A DNA stretch of 64,000 nucleotides. Origin: Gammaproteobacteria bacterium (lineage in GTDB: Bacteria; Pseudomonadota; Gammaproteobacteria; Steroidobacterales; Rariloculaceae). The stretch covers positions 1,702-65,701 of the forward strand of contig JAYPDM010000005.1 of the NCBI GenBank assembly GCA_038125265.1, given 5' to 3'. This document shows, in pieces, positions 1 through 8,720 of this stretch; the first letter of the stretch is position 1, and each line of letters starts with the position of its first letter. The translations under genes were made by a program, and so were the position numbers. Under the pieces are notes generated by a model. The model made no database searches, was not told the DNA's origin, and saw nothing but the letters and a program-made list of their open reading frames with translations.

Positions 1-246
1 ATAAGTAGCAATAGCCAAACCAACAACAAATCCCTGCCCTGACATTCCAATGATTTGTTCGGCTGAAATATTAGCTGCAATCAAGGAAGCGCCAATGGCC
101 CACCATGGGAGCGACCTTCCTGCTAAAAAGTAATCATTCGAGTTTCGCTCCTCATTATCCTTAGATCGAGAAACGTATTGAGCAACTGTAATTAATCCGA
201 TGACATAAATACAAAATATAAAAATGTCTAATCCGTTAAAAACCAA
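1..246 (-). CDS. Sodium:solute symporter (SSF, SGLT-like), N-terminal 82 codons only; gene runs off the window start
   Basis: Not in the ORF track because it is truncated. Reverse translation gives DYFLAGRSLPWWAIGASLIAANISAEQIIGMSGQGFVVGLAIATY, the classic SSF N-terminal motif. An in-frame stop at 256-258 leaves TTG (244-246) or ATT (247-249) as the only possible starts. Confidence 0.8.
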   Translation of the reverse strand, partial: MVFNGLDIFIFCIYVIGLITVAQYVSRSKDNEERNSNDYFLAGRSLPWWAIGASLIAANISAEQIIGMSGQGFVVGLAIATY

Positions 247-324
247 AATGGACCCCTAAAAAAGATATCGTTGTCATTGTAGCAAAATATTTTTAAATTC
301 ATAGTATGATTAAGCATTAAAATA

Positions 325-1350
325 ATGTCTAATATGAAAAACATTACTATCACGGATGTCGCTAAAGATGCCGGAGTCTCCATTAAGACTGTCTCTCGAG
401 TTATCAATCAAGAAAAAGAAGTCGCTGCCATTACGCGTGAAAAAGTTCTTAAATCTATAAAAAAACTAGATTTCAAACCGAACAAGGATGCACGAGGACT
501 CCGATCCAAGAAATCCTTTTTGATCGGTATCGTTTATGACAACCCAAATAAATACTATCTCTCTGATATTCAAAGCGGTGCTCTTAAAGCCTGTGCGGGT
601 ACGAATTACAACATTGTGTTACAGGAGTGCAAATACAAATCAAAAGATATCAATCATGTTATTGGAAAATTTATTAGTAATGCGGGTCTTAACGGGATCG
701 TCCTTACTCCACCACTCTCTGACAACGCTAAGCTTTTAGACTATCTTGAAAAACAAAATATATTTGTCTCCTTAATTGCACCCCCTACCCTATCAAAATT
801 TGAACTTTGGGCATCGGGCAATGATGAAGAAGCTGCCATGGCGATGACTAACAAGATCATAGCGCTTGGTCATAAAAAAATTGGCTTTGTTTATGGCCAC
901 AAAGATCACTCAGCATCGCATCAAAGATACTACGGTTTCCACAAGGCCCTTATGGAAGCTGATATTGCAATAAATCAAAACTGGATATTTAAGGGAGATT
1001 TCTCTTTTGACTCAGGTTATAAAGCTGCCCAATCTCTTTTTAAGTTAAGAAGCAGGCCATCTGCTCTTTTCTGCTCAAACGACTCTATGGCAGCGGGTGT
1101 AATTAAGTATGCCTACCAAAATAACAAAAGCATCCCGAAAGATTTATCCATCACAGGATTTGATGACTCTATGATTGCAGAGGAGATATGGCCATCATTG
1201 ACAACCGTCAGACAACCGGTCGAAGCCATGGCCAAGCATGCCATTGAATGCATTATCTCTAAAATTGACCCTATGTCTCATAAGGTACCTTTTTCAAAGG
1301 TTTTCCCTGCAGAAATTATTACGCGGGAATCCCTGATTAAAAAAACTTAA
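325..1350 (+). CDS. LacI-family transcriptional regulator
   Basis: N-terminal HTH ITITDVAKDAGVSIKTVSRVIN followed by a sugar-binding-type core (341 aa). Divergent from the SSF symporter. Confidence 0.9.
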   Translation: MSNMKNITITDVAKDAGVSIKTVSRVINQEKEVAAITREKVLKSIKKLDFKPNKDARGLRSKKSFLIGIVYDNPNKYYLSDIQSGALKACAGTNYNIVLQECKYKSKDINHVIGKFISNAGLNGIVLTPPLSDNAKLLDYLEKQNIFVSLIAPPTLSKFELWASGNDEEAAMAMTNKIIALGHKKIGFVYGHKDHSASHQRYYGFHKALMEADIAINQNWIFKGDFSFDSGYKAAQSLFKLRSRPSALFCSNDSMAAGVIKYAYQNNKSIPKDLSITGFDDSMIAEEIWPSLTTVRQPVEAMAKHAIECIISKIDPMSHKVPFSKVFPAEIITRESLIKKT

Positions 1351-1721
1351 CTTGGCTCACAGCTAAATCTTTGGTAAGTACTGTCACCGTAGGCATTAAT
1401 AGACTCGATCACCAGGTTTTGATTGGACCTATTTAGACTGAAATACTCATCAACCTCCTCAAAGTCCCATCTGCGTGATCCCTCTAGGACACGATCATTA
1501 TTTCTATCGATGGAATAGACCCAAGATGTATTAGGGGTGGATGATTCTGCTACGATCTCTGAAAATGTAATGGTCGTTGGCTCTAGGCTGATCAAATACA
1601 ATTGCTGATTTACATTATTGGTGCAGACAAATAAAGGTTGAGAGAAAGCCTCCATTGGTAAAAGCATGGGGGTTAAAAGAAAAAAACTCTTAACAATAGA
1701 ATTTATTGAATTTGATCGCAT
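1347..1721 (-). CDS. Hypothetical small exported protein (124 aa)
   Basis: ORF with a signal-peptide-like N-terminus (SFFLLTPMLLPMEAFSQ) and two Cys near the ends. Overlaps the upstream ORF by 19 nt. No family recognised. Confidence 0.5.
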   Translation of the reverse strand: MRSNSINSIVKSFFLLTPMLLPMEAFSQPLFVCTNNVNQQLYLISLEPTTITFSEIVAESSTPNTSWVYSIDRNNDRVLEGSRRWDFEEVDEYFSLNRSNQNLVIESINAYGDSTYQRFSCEPS

Positions 1722-1990
1722 ACATGGGGCTCAAAAGGAACATCAGGGCTGTAAGTCATGTGATCATTAAGATGAGCGCTTCTGTCTTCATCGGTAAAAT
1801 CTAAGCAGTCAAACTGCAATTCGATACTTTCAAATCTTGCTTCCAGCTCCTCCCTGTGCATTTGGGAATGTGATTGGATAGCCTCAATTTGATCCCTGTG
1901 ATCGACGACCCAGGAATTAAGTTGAATGCCATGATAGGCGAGCGCTAACAGCGCAACAATAAAAAAAATATTAATACCTTTTTGCATCAT
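1703..1990 (-). CDS. Hypothetical small membrane-anchored protein (95 aa)
   Basis: The track ORF 1703-2080 runs into tRNA-Leu, so I trimmed it to the internal start MMQKGINIFFIVALLALAYHG (one TM helix) followed by a His/Glu-rich helical region. Confidence 0.5.
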   Translation of the reverse strand: MMQKGINIFFIVALLALAYHGIQLNSWVVDHRDQIEAIQSHSQMHREELEARFESIELQFDCLDFTDEDRSAHLNDHMTYSPDVPFEPHVCDQIQ

Positions 1991-1999
1991 TTTCCTCGA

Positions 2000-2086
2000 T
2001 GGTGCCCGGGACTGGAATCGAACCAGCACTTCCAAAAGGAAAACGGATTTTAAGTCCGTTGCGTCTACCTGTTCCGCCACCCGGGC
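2000..2086 (-). tRNA. leuZ: tRNA-Leu (anticodon UAA)
   Basis: Reverse strand reads GCCCGGGTGGCGGAACAGGTAGACGCAACGGACTTAAAATCCGTT...GGTTCGATTCCAGTCCCGGGCACCA. It has a 7-bp acceptor stem, anticodon loop CTTAAAA, long variable arm, T-loop GGTTCGATTCC and encoded CCA. Confidence 0.93.
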
Positions 2087-2096
2087 AACCGTGTTA

Positions 2097-2102
2097 ATTA
2101 TA
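2097..2102 (-). promoter_or_regulatory. Candidate -10 box (TATAAT) for tRNA-Leu
   Basis: Perfect TATAAT on the minus strand, 10 nt upstream of the tRNA 5' end. No convincing -35 seen. Confidence 0.3.
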
Positions 2103-2187
2103 CCCCCACAAGAGTATGCGAATGAAGTGATTCATTTCTTTTATTCTGTTTTTATACCTTATACTAAAGAAAAAACTTGGGGGGAAA

Positions 2188-3789
2188 ATGAAGCGTCTCG
2201 TATTTGTTATTTTTTTCATAAATTATTTTGTTGCACCGGTTTATTCGCAAGAAGTTGATGCACAAGAAGCGCTGAACCGTGCTATTGAAGCCATGGGATC
2301 TGATTTTATCAATTCAGTCACTTATTCGGGTGCGGGTTTTTCCTCGCGTATCGGTCAGCAGTACTCGGTGACCACGCCTTGGCCAGGCTATGCAGTGAAT
2401 GATTATACACGCTCTATAGACTACAACAGCCTTTGGGCAAGGGAGGATTATATTCGCTCTCAGGGAGACTACCCATCTTTTGGTCGACCTCCTATGCCTG
2501 AAGAGCGAATTGTGACTATGACCTATGGAGAGTACGCTTGGAATGAAAATGAGGATGGACCTGTCCCCCTACTTCGCGATTACCTTGATGGCATTCCTTA
2601 TAATGAACTGCGACAACTTGAAATCGCTATCACGCCGCATGGATTTTTAAAGGCTGCTCAAAATGCAACCGATCTTACTGCCATCAGTTTACCCATCGTA
2701 GGTGCTTCAGATTTTGGTCTGTCTCAATTTGGCAGGCATGTCACTATTTTATCGTTCACCTTTATGGATAAATACAAAATCAATGGAACCATTGATGACA
2801 GAGATTTAGTTGAATTAGTTGGTACGTGGATTCCTAATCCTTTTTATGGAGATATGGACTATGAGATGCGTTATACCCGCTATGAGGAAATTGATGGTGT
2901 GATGTTCCCTATGCAATTTCATACGCACCAAGCAGACCCAAGGCTCAATACTTCGCACAATTATTATGAGTACAATCTAACCGATGTAACTATTAATCCT
3001 GAGCTCATTATTAATGAGGTTCCACAGGAAATAGTTAATGCAGAAAAACCCCCTGTTACGGTCATTTCAAATGAAATTGGTGAAGGGGTGTGGTTTTTGA
3101 CAGGAGGTACCCATAACAGCCTACTCGTTGAGTTCAGAGATTACCTAGCGGTTGTTGATGCCCCTAATAATGAAGAACGATCATTGGCTGTGCTTGCCGA
3201 AGCCAGAAGACTGGTTCCGGGTAAAGAAGTTCAGTATGTCGTTAACACGCATCATCACTTTGATCATGCCGGTGGTCTGAGAACTTACCTTTCACAGGGA
3301 ACGACGATCGTGACCCATGATACAAACAAAGAGTATTATCTTGATATCCTGTTTCATCCAGCGCCAAGGACCCTCAACCCAGATCGGATGGCACAATACA
3401 ACCCAATGTACTGGATTAGCCGAAGACCGGCCCCTATTGAAACGGTTGAAGGAGAGTCTCGTGGAACTGCAAAATATGTTATTACTGATGGCGAGAAGAT
3501 ATTAGAAATTTATCGCGTTCAGGATATGTATTATGAGCTTGGGGATCGTAGCTTGCGGTATGGTCATCACAGTGAAGATATGTTGATGGCTTATCTCCCC
3601 CAAGAAGGCATTCTCTTTAATGCCGATCTTTATACACCCCCAAGAGATAATGATGCCATGAAGCCATCGATTAGTATGATCAACCTCAATGAGAACATTA
3701 AAAAACTGAGGATTTCTCCCAGGGTACATGCACCATCGCATGGTAATCTGGGGTCGCATTCACAATTTTTAGAGATTATCGGTGAATAG
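2188..3789 (+). CDS. Secreted two-domain metallo-beta-lactamase-fold hydrolase (533 aa)
   Basis: Signal peptide MKRLVFVIFFINYFVAPVYSQ, then an unrecognised N-terminal domain of about 300 aa. The C-terminal MBL domain has NTHHHFDHAGG (HxHxDH) and the later ligands GHHSED, NADLY and APSHG. Confidence 0.85.
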   Translation: MKRLVFVIFFINYFVAPVYSQEVDAQEALNRAIEAMGSDFINSVTYSGAGFSSRIGQQYSVTTPWPGYAVNDYTRSIDYNSLWAREDYIRSQGDYPSFGRPPMPEERIVTMTYGEYAWNENEDGPVPLLRDYLDGIPYNELRQLEIAITPHGFLKAAQNATDLTAISLPIVGASDFGLSQFGRHVTILSFTFMDKYKINGTIDDRDLVELVGTWIPNPFYGDMDYEMRYTRYEEIDGVMFPMQFHTHQADPRLNTSHNYYEYNLTDVTINPELIINEVPQEIVNAEKPPVTVISNEIGEGVWFLTGGTHNSLLVEFRDYLAVVDAPNNEERSLAVLAEARRLVPGKEVQYVVNTHHHFDHAGGLRTYLSQGTTIVTHDTNKEYYLDILFHPAPRTLNPDRMAQYNPMYWISRRPAPIETVEGESRGTAKYVITDGEKILEIYRVQDMYYELGDRSLRYGHHSEDMLMAYLPQEGILFNADLYTPPRDNDAMKPSISMINLNENIKKLRISPRVHAPSHGNLGSHSQFLEIIGE

Positions 3790-4312
3790 GAAATGCTGTA
3801 TTTTTATTCTACCCATACTATTGCTTTGGGGCTGTCAAAATAATAATTATGATGCTCTCAAAGCCTCGGCAGTTAATCAGTGCCTCGATGATGTGGGTCT
3901 GGAGGAAACCTGTGTTTGCGTGATCGATACAATGACCGCCTCTCTTAGCTACGAGGAATTTCTGTCCACGGATGGAGCTTCCAATTATCGTCAAGCTAAT
4001 AACCTATCAGCGCCTGAACTCAGTTTTGAACAAACGATGAATGTCGCTGCAGCGGGCATAGAAGCTATTGGATGTGCCGATGAGGCGTTGTCAGATATAG
4101 GTGAAGGTCTTGAGGCTTTCTTTGAGGGTATGGACGGATTTGGTGAAGTTTTTGATGAAACGCTTGAGGCTATTGTTGAAGAGTTTGAAGGTTCCCTGTC
4201 TGAGACTGATTTAAGAAAAGTACCCAAAGAATCTAATACATCAGAACCCTTTAGAAAGCCTAATGATAGACCCATCGAACAGCGGGCACTTCCAAAAGGT
4301 CAGAGCATATAG
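3782..4312 (+). CDS. Acidic lipoprotein, function unknown (176 aa)
   Basis: GTG start overlaps the MBL gene by 8 nt. Lipobox LLWGC. Cys-rich N-terminal part, then a Glu/Phe-rich low-complexity region (EAFFEGMDGFGEVFDETLEAIVEEFEG). Confidence 0.6.
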   Translation: MNRKCCIFILPILLLWGCQNNNYDALKASAVNQCLDDVGLEETCVCVIDTMTASLSYEEFLSTDGASNYRQANNLSAPELSFEQTMNVAAAGIEAIGCADEALSDIGEGLEAFFEGMDGFGEVFDETLEAIVEEFEGSLSETDLRKVPKESNTSEPFRKPNDRPIEQRALPKGQSI

Positions 4313-4319
4313 CTGAATT

Positions 4320-4393
4320 TGGAGGCTAGGCCCGGAATCGAACCGAGGTCCGCGGCTTTGCAGGCCGCTGCATAACCACTCTGCCACCTAGCC
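4320..4393 (-). tRNA. cysT: tRNA-Cys (anticodon GCA)
   Basis: Reverse strand reads GGCTAGGTGGCAGAGTGGTTATGCAGCGGCCTGCAAAGCCGCGGACCTCGGTTCGATTCCGGGCCTAGCCTCCA. Anticodon loop CTGCAAA, discriminator U, encoded CCA. Confidence 0.93.
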
Positions 4394-4405
4394 AAAGGGT
4401 CAGCT

Positions 4406-4414
4406 ATTATAACA
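4406..4414 (-). promoter_or_regulatory. Candidate extended -10 promoter (TGTTATAAT) for tRNA-Cys
   Basis: TGnTATAAT on the minus strand, 12 nt upstream of the tRNA 5' end. The -35 region would lie inside the 3' end of the HupE-like gene. Confidence 0.35.
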
Positions 4415-4418
4415 CTAA

Positions 4419-5132
4419 CTAACTCAATAAAAGGTAGCCTGTCAGCTGATAAGCCATCAGTAAAAAGCCCAGGGTCATTAAGACGTAATTTCCAAGCTGT
4501 GCATGCTGGTTAAAGCTTGGCTTGGATCGCCAAAAATTGAAAAATAACAGTATAAAGACAAGCGCTATAAACTGCCCGACCTCCACACCAAGATTAAATG
4601 CAATCATGTTGGTTATCAGGCCGTCATCTGCTAATGCAATATCTTGTAATTTACTGGACAAGCCAAAACCGTGAAAGAGTCCAAATATTAGGACGGCTAA
4701 TTTGGTATTCGGATGAAACCCAAGTAATTTAAAGCCATCTAGATTCTCAAAGGCCTTATAAACAACAGAGAATCCAATAATTGCATCGATTAAATAAACA
4801 TTTACATAAATATCTGCAAGGACACCCAATAACAGTGTTGCGCTGTGACCCAATGCAAAAAGCGTCACGTATATCGCCACATCTCTAATCTTATAGAGAA
4901 AGAAGATCACGCCAGCTAAAAACAAGAGGTGATCGTATCCTGTCACCATATGTTTCGCGCCTAAATAAAGGTAAGCATTAAAGTGCACGCCCGGGTTGTT
5001 GGTTAGAAATAACTGGTCTGCACCCGAGATTCCATGACCCAAGAGAATCATAGGAAAGCAAAACAGAAACAGTATGATTAGGTTACGCACTTTAGGTAAG
5101 GTCAATTTATATATGTAATAATTCTTACTCAT
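4419..5132 (-). CDS. HupE/UreJ-family membrane protein (putative Ni/Co or other metal permease)
   Basis: 237 aa polytopic protein with the motif GAKHMVTGYDHLLFLAGVIF and further conserved His (LGHSATLL, FHGFG). Confidence 0.75.
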   Translation of the reverse strand: MSKNYYIYKLTLPKVRNLIILFLFCFPMILLGHGISGADQLFLTNNPGVHFNAYLYLGAKHMVTGYDHLLFLAGVIFFLYKIRDVAIYVTLFALGHSATLLLGVLADIYVNVYLIDAIIGFSVVYKAFENLDGFKLLGFHPNTKLAVLIFGLFHGFGLSSKLQDIALADDGLITNMIAFNLGVEVGQFIALVFILLFFNFWRSKPSFNQHAQLGNYVLMTLGFLLMAYQLTGYLLLS

Positions 5133-5175
5133 TATATTTATATTTTAAAACTTTTACTCTTTATAATACCCAGTT

Positions 5176-6195
5176 ATGCACCGAAGCAAAGGAATCAATC
5201 TACTTCTACCCTCAATACTTATTTTACTGGTGATTCTTCTCGGTCTTTCTTTTGCACGAAATGAAGGTACAACTTTTTTACGAGCTTCTCACCAATGGCC
5301 CGGAGGAATCGGTGACATCAGGGATGTGATGATTCAAATGATTGCAGATGAAGTCAATGACGCGAATGTTGGGCTTGACCTTCGTGTTTATCCAGCACAA
5401 TCTTTGTTTAGAGCGACTGACCAATGGTCTGCATTGGTACGTGGTCGTGTGGATATGATTGCCCTTCCCCTTGACTATGCAAGCGGTCGTCACCCTGAAT
5501 TTAACGCAACGCTCATGCCTGGGTTGGTTAAAAACCACGCGCATGCCCGAAGGATCAGTGACTCCGAGTTTATGACCCGAATACATAATGTCATTGAAGA
5601 GGCAGGAGCGGTAGTACTTGCTGATGCCTGGCTTGCTGGAGGGTTCACTTCAAATGCAGGTTGCATTTTAGAGCCTGAAGATATTGAGGGTCAGGTAATC
5701 CGTGCGGCGGGACCTGCTTTTGAAAGAATGCTTGTTGGGGCGGGGGCATCGATCTCTTCCATGCCAAGCTCAGAGATCTACACGGCCATGCAAACAGGAG
5801 TTCTCGATGCAGCCAATACAAGCAGTGCTAGTTTTATGTCCTATCGAATATTTGAGCAATCAACTTGTATGACATCACCTGGTGATAATGCCCTTTGGTT
5901 TATGTATGAGCCCGTGATGCTCTCTCGCTTTACATGGGATCGCTTAACCGAAGAACAGCAACAAGTACTAAGGGTTGCTGCTGAAAATGCTGAGGAGTAC
6001 TTCTTTGAGCAAGCCTCTTTGCTTGACCTAGAAATGGAGAGAATTTTTTCTGATGCTGGAGTCGAGGTCGTTCAGATGACAGCTGAGCAAGCTAATCGTT
6101 GGCGAGATATTGCTTTTGAGACCAGCTATGAAATTTTTTATGACGAAGTTGAGTCAGGCAGGGAGCTTGTCAGACTAGCACTTGAGGTTGAATGA
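5176..6195 (+). CDS. dctP: TRAP transporter substrate-binding protein (DctP family)
   Basis: 339 aa with an N-terminal signal or anchor. First gene of a P-Q-M arrangement joined by ATGA overlaps. Confidence 0.85.
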   Translation: MHRSKGINLLLPSILILLVILLGLSFARNEGTTFLRASHQWPGGIGDIRDVMIQMIADEVNDANVGLDLRVYPAQSLFRATDQWSALVRGRVDMIALPLDYASGRHPEFNATLMPGLVKNHAHARRISDSEFMTRIHNVIEEAGAVVLADAWLAGGFTSNAGCILEPEDIEGQVIRAAGPAFERMLVGAGASISSMPSSEIYTAMQTGVLDAANTSSASFMSYRIFEQSTCMTSPGDNALWFMYEPVMLSRFTWDRLTEEQQQVLRVAAENAEEYFFEQASLLDLEMERIFSDAGVEVVQMTAEQANRWRDIAFETSYEIFYDEVESGRELVRLALEVE

Positions 6196-6704
6196 GAAGT
6201 CTAATTAAATCTTACATAAAAGCAGTCAGTTTACTCTCAAGAATTTGCGGAGTTTTTTCAACGACGCTCATCTTATTAGCTTCTGTCGTTGTATGCCAAA
6301 TGGTCGTGATGCGTTATGGTCTAGGTGAGTCTACAGTATGGCAAAGTGAATTTATCAAATATGCCATTATCGCGGCAACTCTTTTAGGAAGTCCATATGT
6401 TCTATTGCTTAGAGGTCATGTCAGCGTTGACATCATCTACAATTATATCAGCCCAGCACATGCCAAATATGCATCCATCATTAGCTCAATTATTGGTTTG
6501 CTTTGTTGCGCTTTAATTGCTTGGGCCGGTTGGCTGTATTTTTATGAGGCTTGGCATGAACAGTGGGTAACGCCCACGGTTTGGGGCCCTCCCTTATGGA
6601 TCCCTCTTCTTCCCTTACCCGTTGGTTTATTTATTCTGACATTGCAATATCTTGCAAATATATTTATAGATCATGTGATTGATCCTGAGGAACTATCGAC
6701 ATGA
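6192..6704 (+). CDS. dctQ: TRAP transporter small permease (DctQ family)
   Basis: 170 aa, four predicted TM helices. ATGA overlap with both neighbours. Confidence 0.85.
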   Translation: MRSLIKSYIKAVSLLSRICGVFSTTLILLASVVVCQMVVMRYGLGESTVWQSEFIKYAIIAATLLGSPYVLLLRGHVSVDIIYNYISPAHAKYASIISSIIGLLCCALIAWAGWLYFYEAWHEQWVTPTVWGPPLWIPLLPLPVGLFILTLQYLANIFIDHVIDPEELST

Positions 6705-8005
6705 CGCCACTTGAGTTAGGACTAATAATCAGCTTGATCACCATTTTGGTACTTGCATTAGGTGTGCCTGTGGCTTTTGGTCTTACTTTTATATCTCTTA
6801 TCTTTATCTTTATTTTTGAGGGTGTTTTTGGTCTTCAATTTGTGGGTGAGCTTTTCTTTTCTGGACTGGATGACTTTACATTGATCTCGATCCCCATGTT
6901 TATTGCTATGGGTGCTGCTGTAGCATCCTCACCTGCAGGTGCTGACCTTTATGGCTCGTTTGAGCGCGTCTTTAGAAAAGTACCAGGTGGCCTAGCAATA
7001 TCAAATATTGGTGCCTGTTCGATTTTTTCTGCGTTAAGCGGTTCCTCTCCAGCAACCTGTGCTGCGATTGGAAAAATGGGAATTCCAGAAATGCAGAAAC
7101 GCGGGTACCCGGATAGCCTTGCCACAGGAGCCATTGCCGCAGGGGGAACCTTGGGAATCTTAATTCCACCGAGTGTCACGATGATTGTATATGGCATCGC
7201 TACAGGAACATCGATAGGACGTTTATTTTTAGCAGGTATTGGGCCAGGTATTTTAATTACATTAATGTTTTGTATTTGGGCAGTTATATACACCAAAATT
7301 TACGGTCAAAATATCTCAGCTCCTCCACCCAAACTCAGTTTGAGTGAGTACTTTGTCATCTTGCCTAGAGTCCTTCCATTCATTTTACTGATCGTAATGA
7401 TTTTGTATGTACTTTATGGTGGCATAGCAACGCCTTCTGAGGCTGCAGGTGTAGGCGCAGTCATATGTTTCCTACTCATCGCAACGGTTTACAAGATTTG
7501 GCAACCTAAAAGGCTCTGGGAAATACTAAGAGATTGCACCAAGGAAAGCGTCATGATCATGATGATCATTGCAGCTGCTGCACTCTTTAGCTATATGCTC
7601 TCCGCGCTATTTGTTACGCAATCCATGGCTGAATACATTGCTGATCTTGATATGAATAGATGGATTCTCTTATTCATTGTAAATATCTTTCTTCTAGTTG
7701 CTGGATTTTTCTTGCCACCAGTTGCAGTTATTGTGATGACAGCTCCGGTTTTAATTCCAATCATAACAAGCGCAGGATTCGACCCTTACTGGTTTGCAGT
7801 TATTCTTACAATTAATATGGAGATTGGCTTAATAACGCCACCGGTAGGACTTAACCTCTATGTGATAAATGGGATTGCTCCAAACGTAAAATTAAATGAA
7901 ATATTACGAGGTGCACTCCCTTTTGCACTCATTATGGTCTTGGCAATCATAATCATTAGTATTTTTCCTGAAATCGCAACCTGGATACCAGATCAGTTCG
8001 GATAG
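6701..8005 (+). CDS. dctM: TRAP transporter large permease (DctM family)
   Basis: 434 aa polytopic protein with typical DctM stretches (SIPMFIAMGA, GGTLGILIPPS, ITPPVGLNLYV). Confidence 0.9.
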   Translation: MTPLELGLIISLITILVLALGVPVAFGLTFISLIFIFIFEGVFGLQFVGELFFSGLDDFTLISIPMFIAMGAAVASSPAGADLYGSFERVFRKVPGGLAISNIGACSIFSALSGSSPATCAAIGKMGIPEMQKRGYPDSLATGAIAAGGTLGILIPPSVTMIVYGIATGTSIGRLFLAGIGPGILITLMFCIWAVIYTKIYGQNISAPPPKLSLSEYFVILPRVLPFILLIVMILYVLYGGIATPSEAAGVGAVICFLLIATVYKIWQPKRLWEILRDCTKESVMIMMIIAAAALFSYMLSALFVTQSMAEYIADLDMNRWILLFIVNIFLLVAGFFLPPVAVIVMTAPVLIPIITSAGFDPYWFAVILTINMEIGLITPPVGLNLYVINGIAPNVKLNEILRGALPFALIMVLAIIIISIFPEIATWIPDQFG

Positions 8006-8019
8006 TTACAAAGGAGATG

Positions 8020-8095
8020 TGGAGCGGGAAACGAGGCTCGAACTCGCGACCTCAACCTTGGCAAGGTTGCGCTCTACCAACTGAGCTATTCCCGC
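8020..8095 (-). tRNA. glyW: tRNA-Gly (anticodon GCC)
   Basis: Reverse strand reads GCGGGAATAGCTCAGTTGGTAGAGCGCAACCTTGCCAAGGTTGAGGTCGCGAGTTCGAGCCTCGTTTCCCGCTCCA. Anticodon loop TTGCCAA, encoded CCA. Confidence 0.93.
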
Positions 8096-8159
8096 AACAA
8101 ATTCAGAAAAGATATTATCACCTATCGGCATTGATATAAAAAGAGTTTATTAGCTCAAA

Positions 8160-8717
8160 TTAATGCTCTTTTAGAGAGGGCCATGCCGCTGCTAAATAGT
8201 TAATCATAGACCAGATCGTTAAAAAAGCTGAGAATACGACCAGTATCATTCCAATATGGTAAACATCGGTATTATTGACTGGCGTATTAATAAGCATTAA
8301 TGAAATTCCAGTCATTTGAAAGGCTGTTTTCATTTTGCCTAAAGCAGAGACCTTTACCTTACCTGATTGGCCAATTGTAGACATCCACTCCCGTAGGCCT
8401 GAAATAATAATTTCCCGACAAATAATAATAATCACTGAAAGTATAAAAAATAAATTTTGATCTTGGATTACCAGAAGGATGAGCACTGTCGCAACAAGAA
8501 GTTTATCTGCTACCGGGTCTAAGAATGAACCAAACCTCGTTACCATACCGAGGTTCCTAGCCAGATATCCATCAAGCCAGTCTGAGAATGAAGCCAAGAA
8601 AAATAAACCAAAAAGGATGTAATTCTTAAGTTCGTATTGTAGGAAAAACATTAGAACAAAGAGAGGAATGACAACTATTCTAAAAATGGTAAGTATTGTT
8701 GGGATATTTATTTTCAT
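8160..8717 (-). CDS. pgsA: CDP-diacylglycerol--glycerol-3-phosphate 3-phosphatidyltransferase
   Basis: CDP-alcohol phosphatidyltransferase motif DWLDGYLARNLGMVTRFGSFLDPVADK. 185 aa. Sits between uvrC and tRNA-Gly, as in E. coli. Confidence 0.92.
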   Translation of the reverse strand: MKINIPTILTIFRIVVIPLFVLMFFLQYELKNYILFGLFFLASFSDWLDGYLARNLGMVTRFGSFLDPVADKLLVATVLILLVIQDQNLFFILSVIIIICREIIISGLREWMSTIGQSGKVKVSALGKMKTAFQMTGISLMLINTPVNNTDVYHIGMILVVFSAFLTIWSMINYLAAAWPSLKEH

Positions 8718-8720
8718 AGC

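Noticed and set aside
263-276. AGATATCGTTGTCA in the SSF/LacI divergent region as a LacI-family operator. Its reverse complement, TGACAACGATATCT, fits 13 of 14 positions of the generic TGnAAnCGnTnnCA pattern.
   Set aside because: Only 4 of 7 positions are actually symmetric, so it is a weak pseudo-palindrome. I cannot support it without comparative data.
1991-2080. N-terminal 30 codons of track ORF 1703-2080.
   Set aside because: This stretch is the antisense reading of tRNA-Leu (2000-2086). The ORF was trimmed to the internal ATG at 1990.
2087-8019. Apparent higher GC of the blocks inserted into the tRNA cluster, and of 43-52 kb, compared with very AT-rich genes such as pgsA and the MFS gene at 38996-40363.
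   Set aside because: My spot counts of single 60-nt lines ranged from about 18% to 58% even within one gene. By-eye composition is therefore unreliable, and this needs a proper sliding-window calculation before it can be used as evidence of horizontal transfer.
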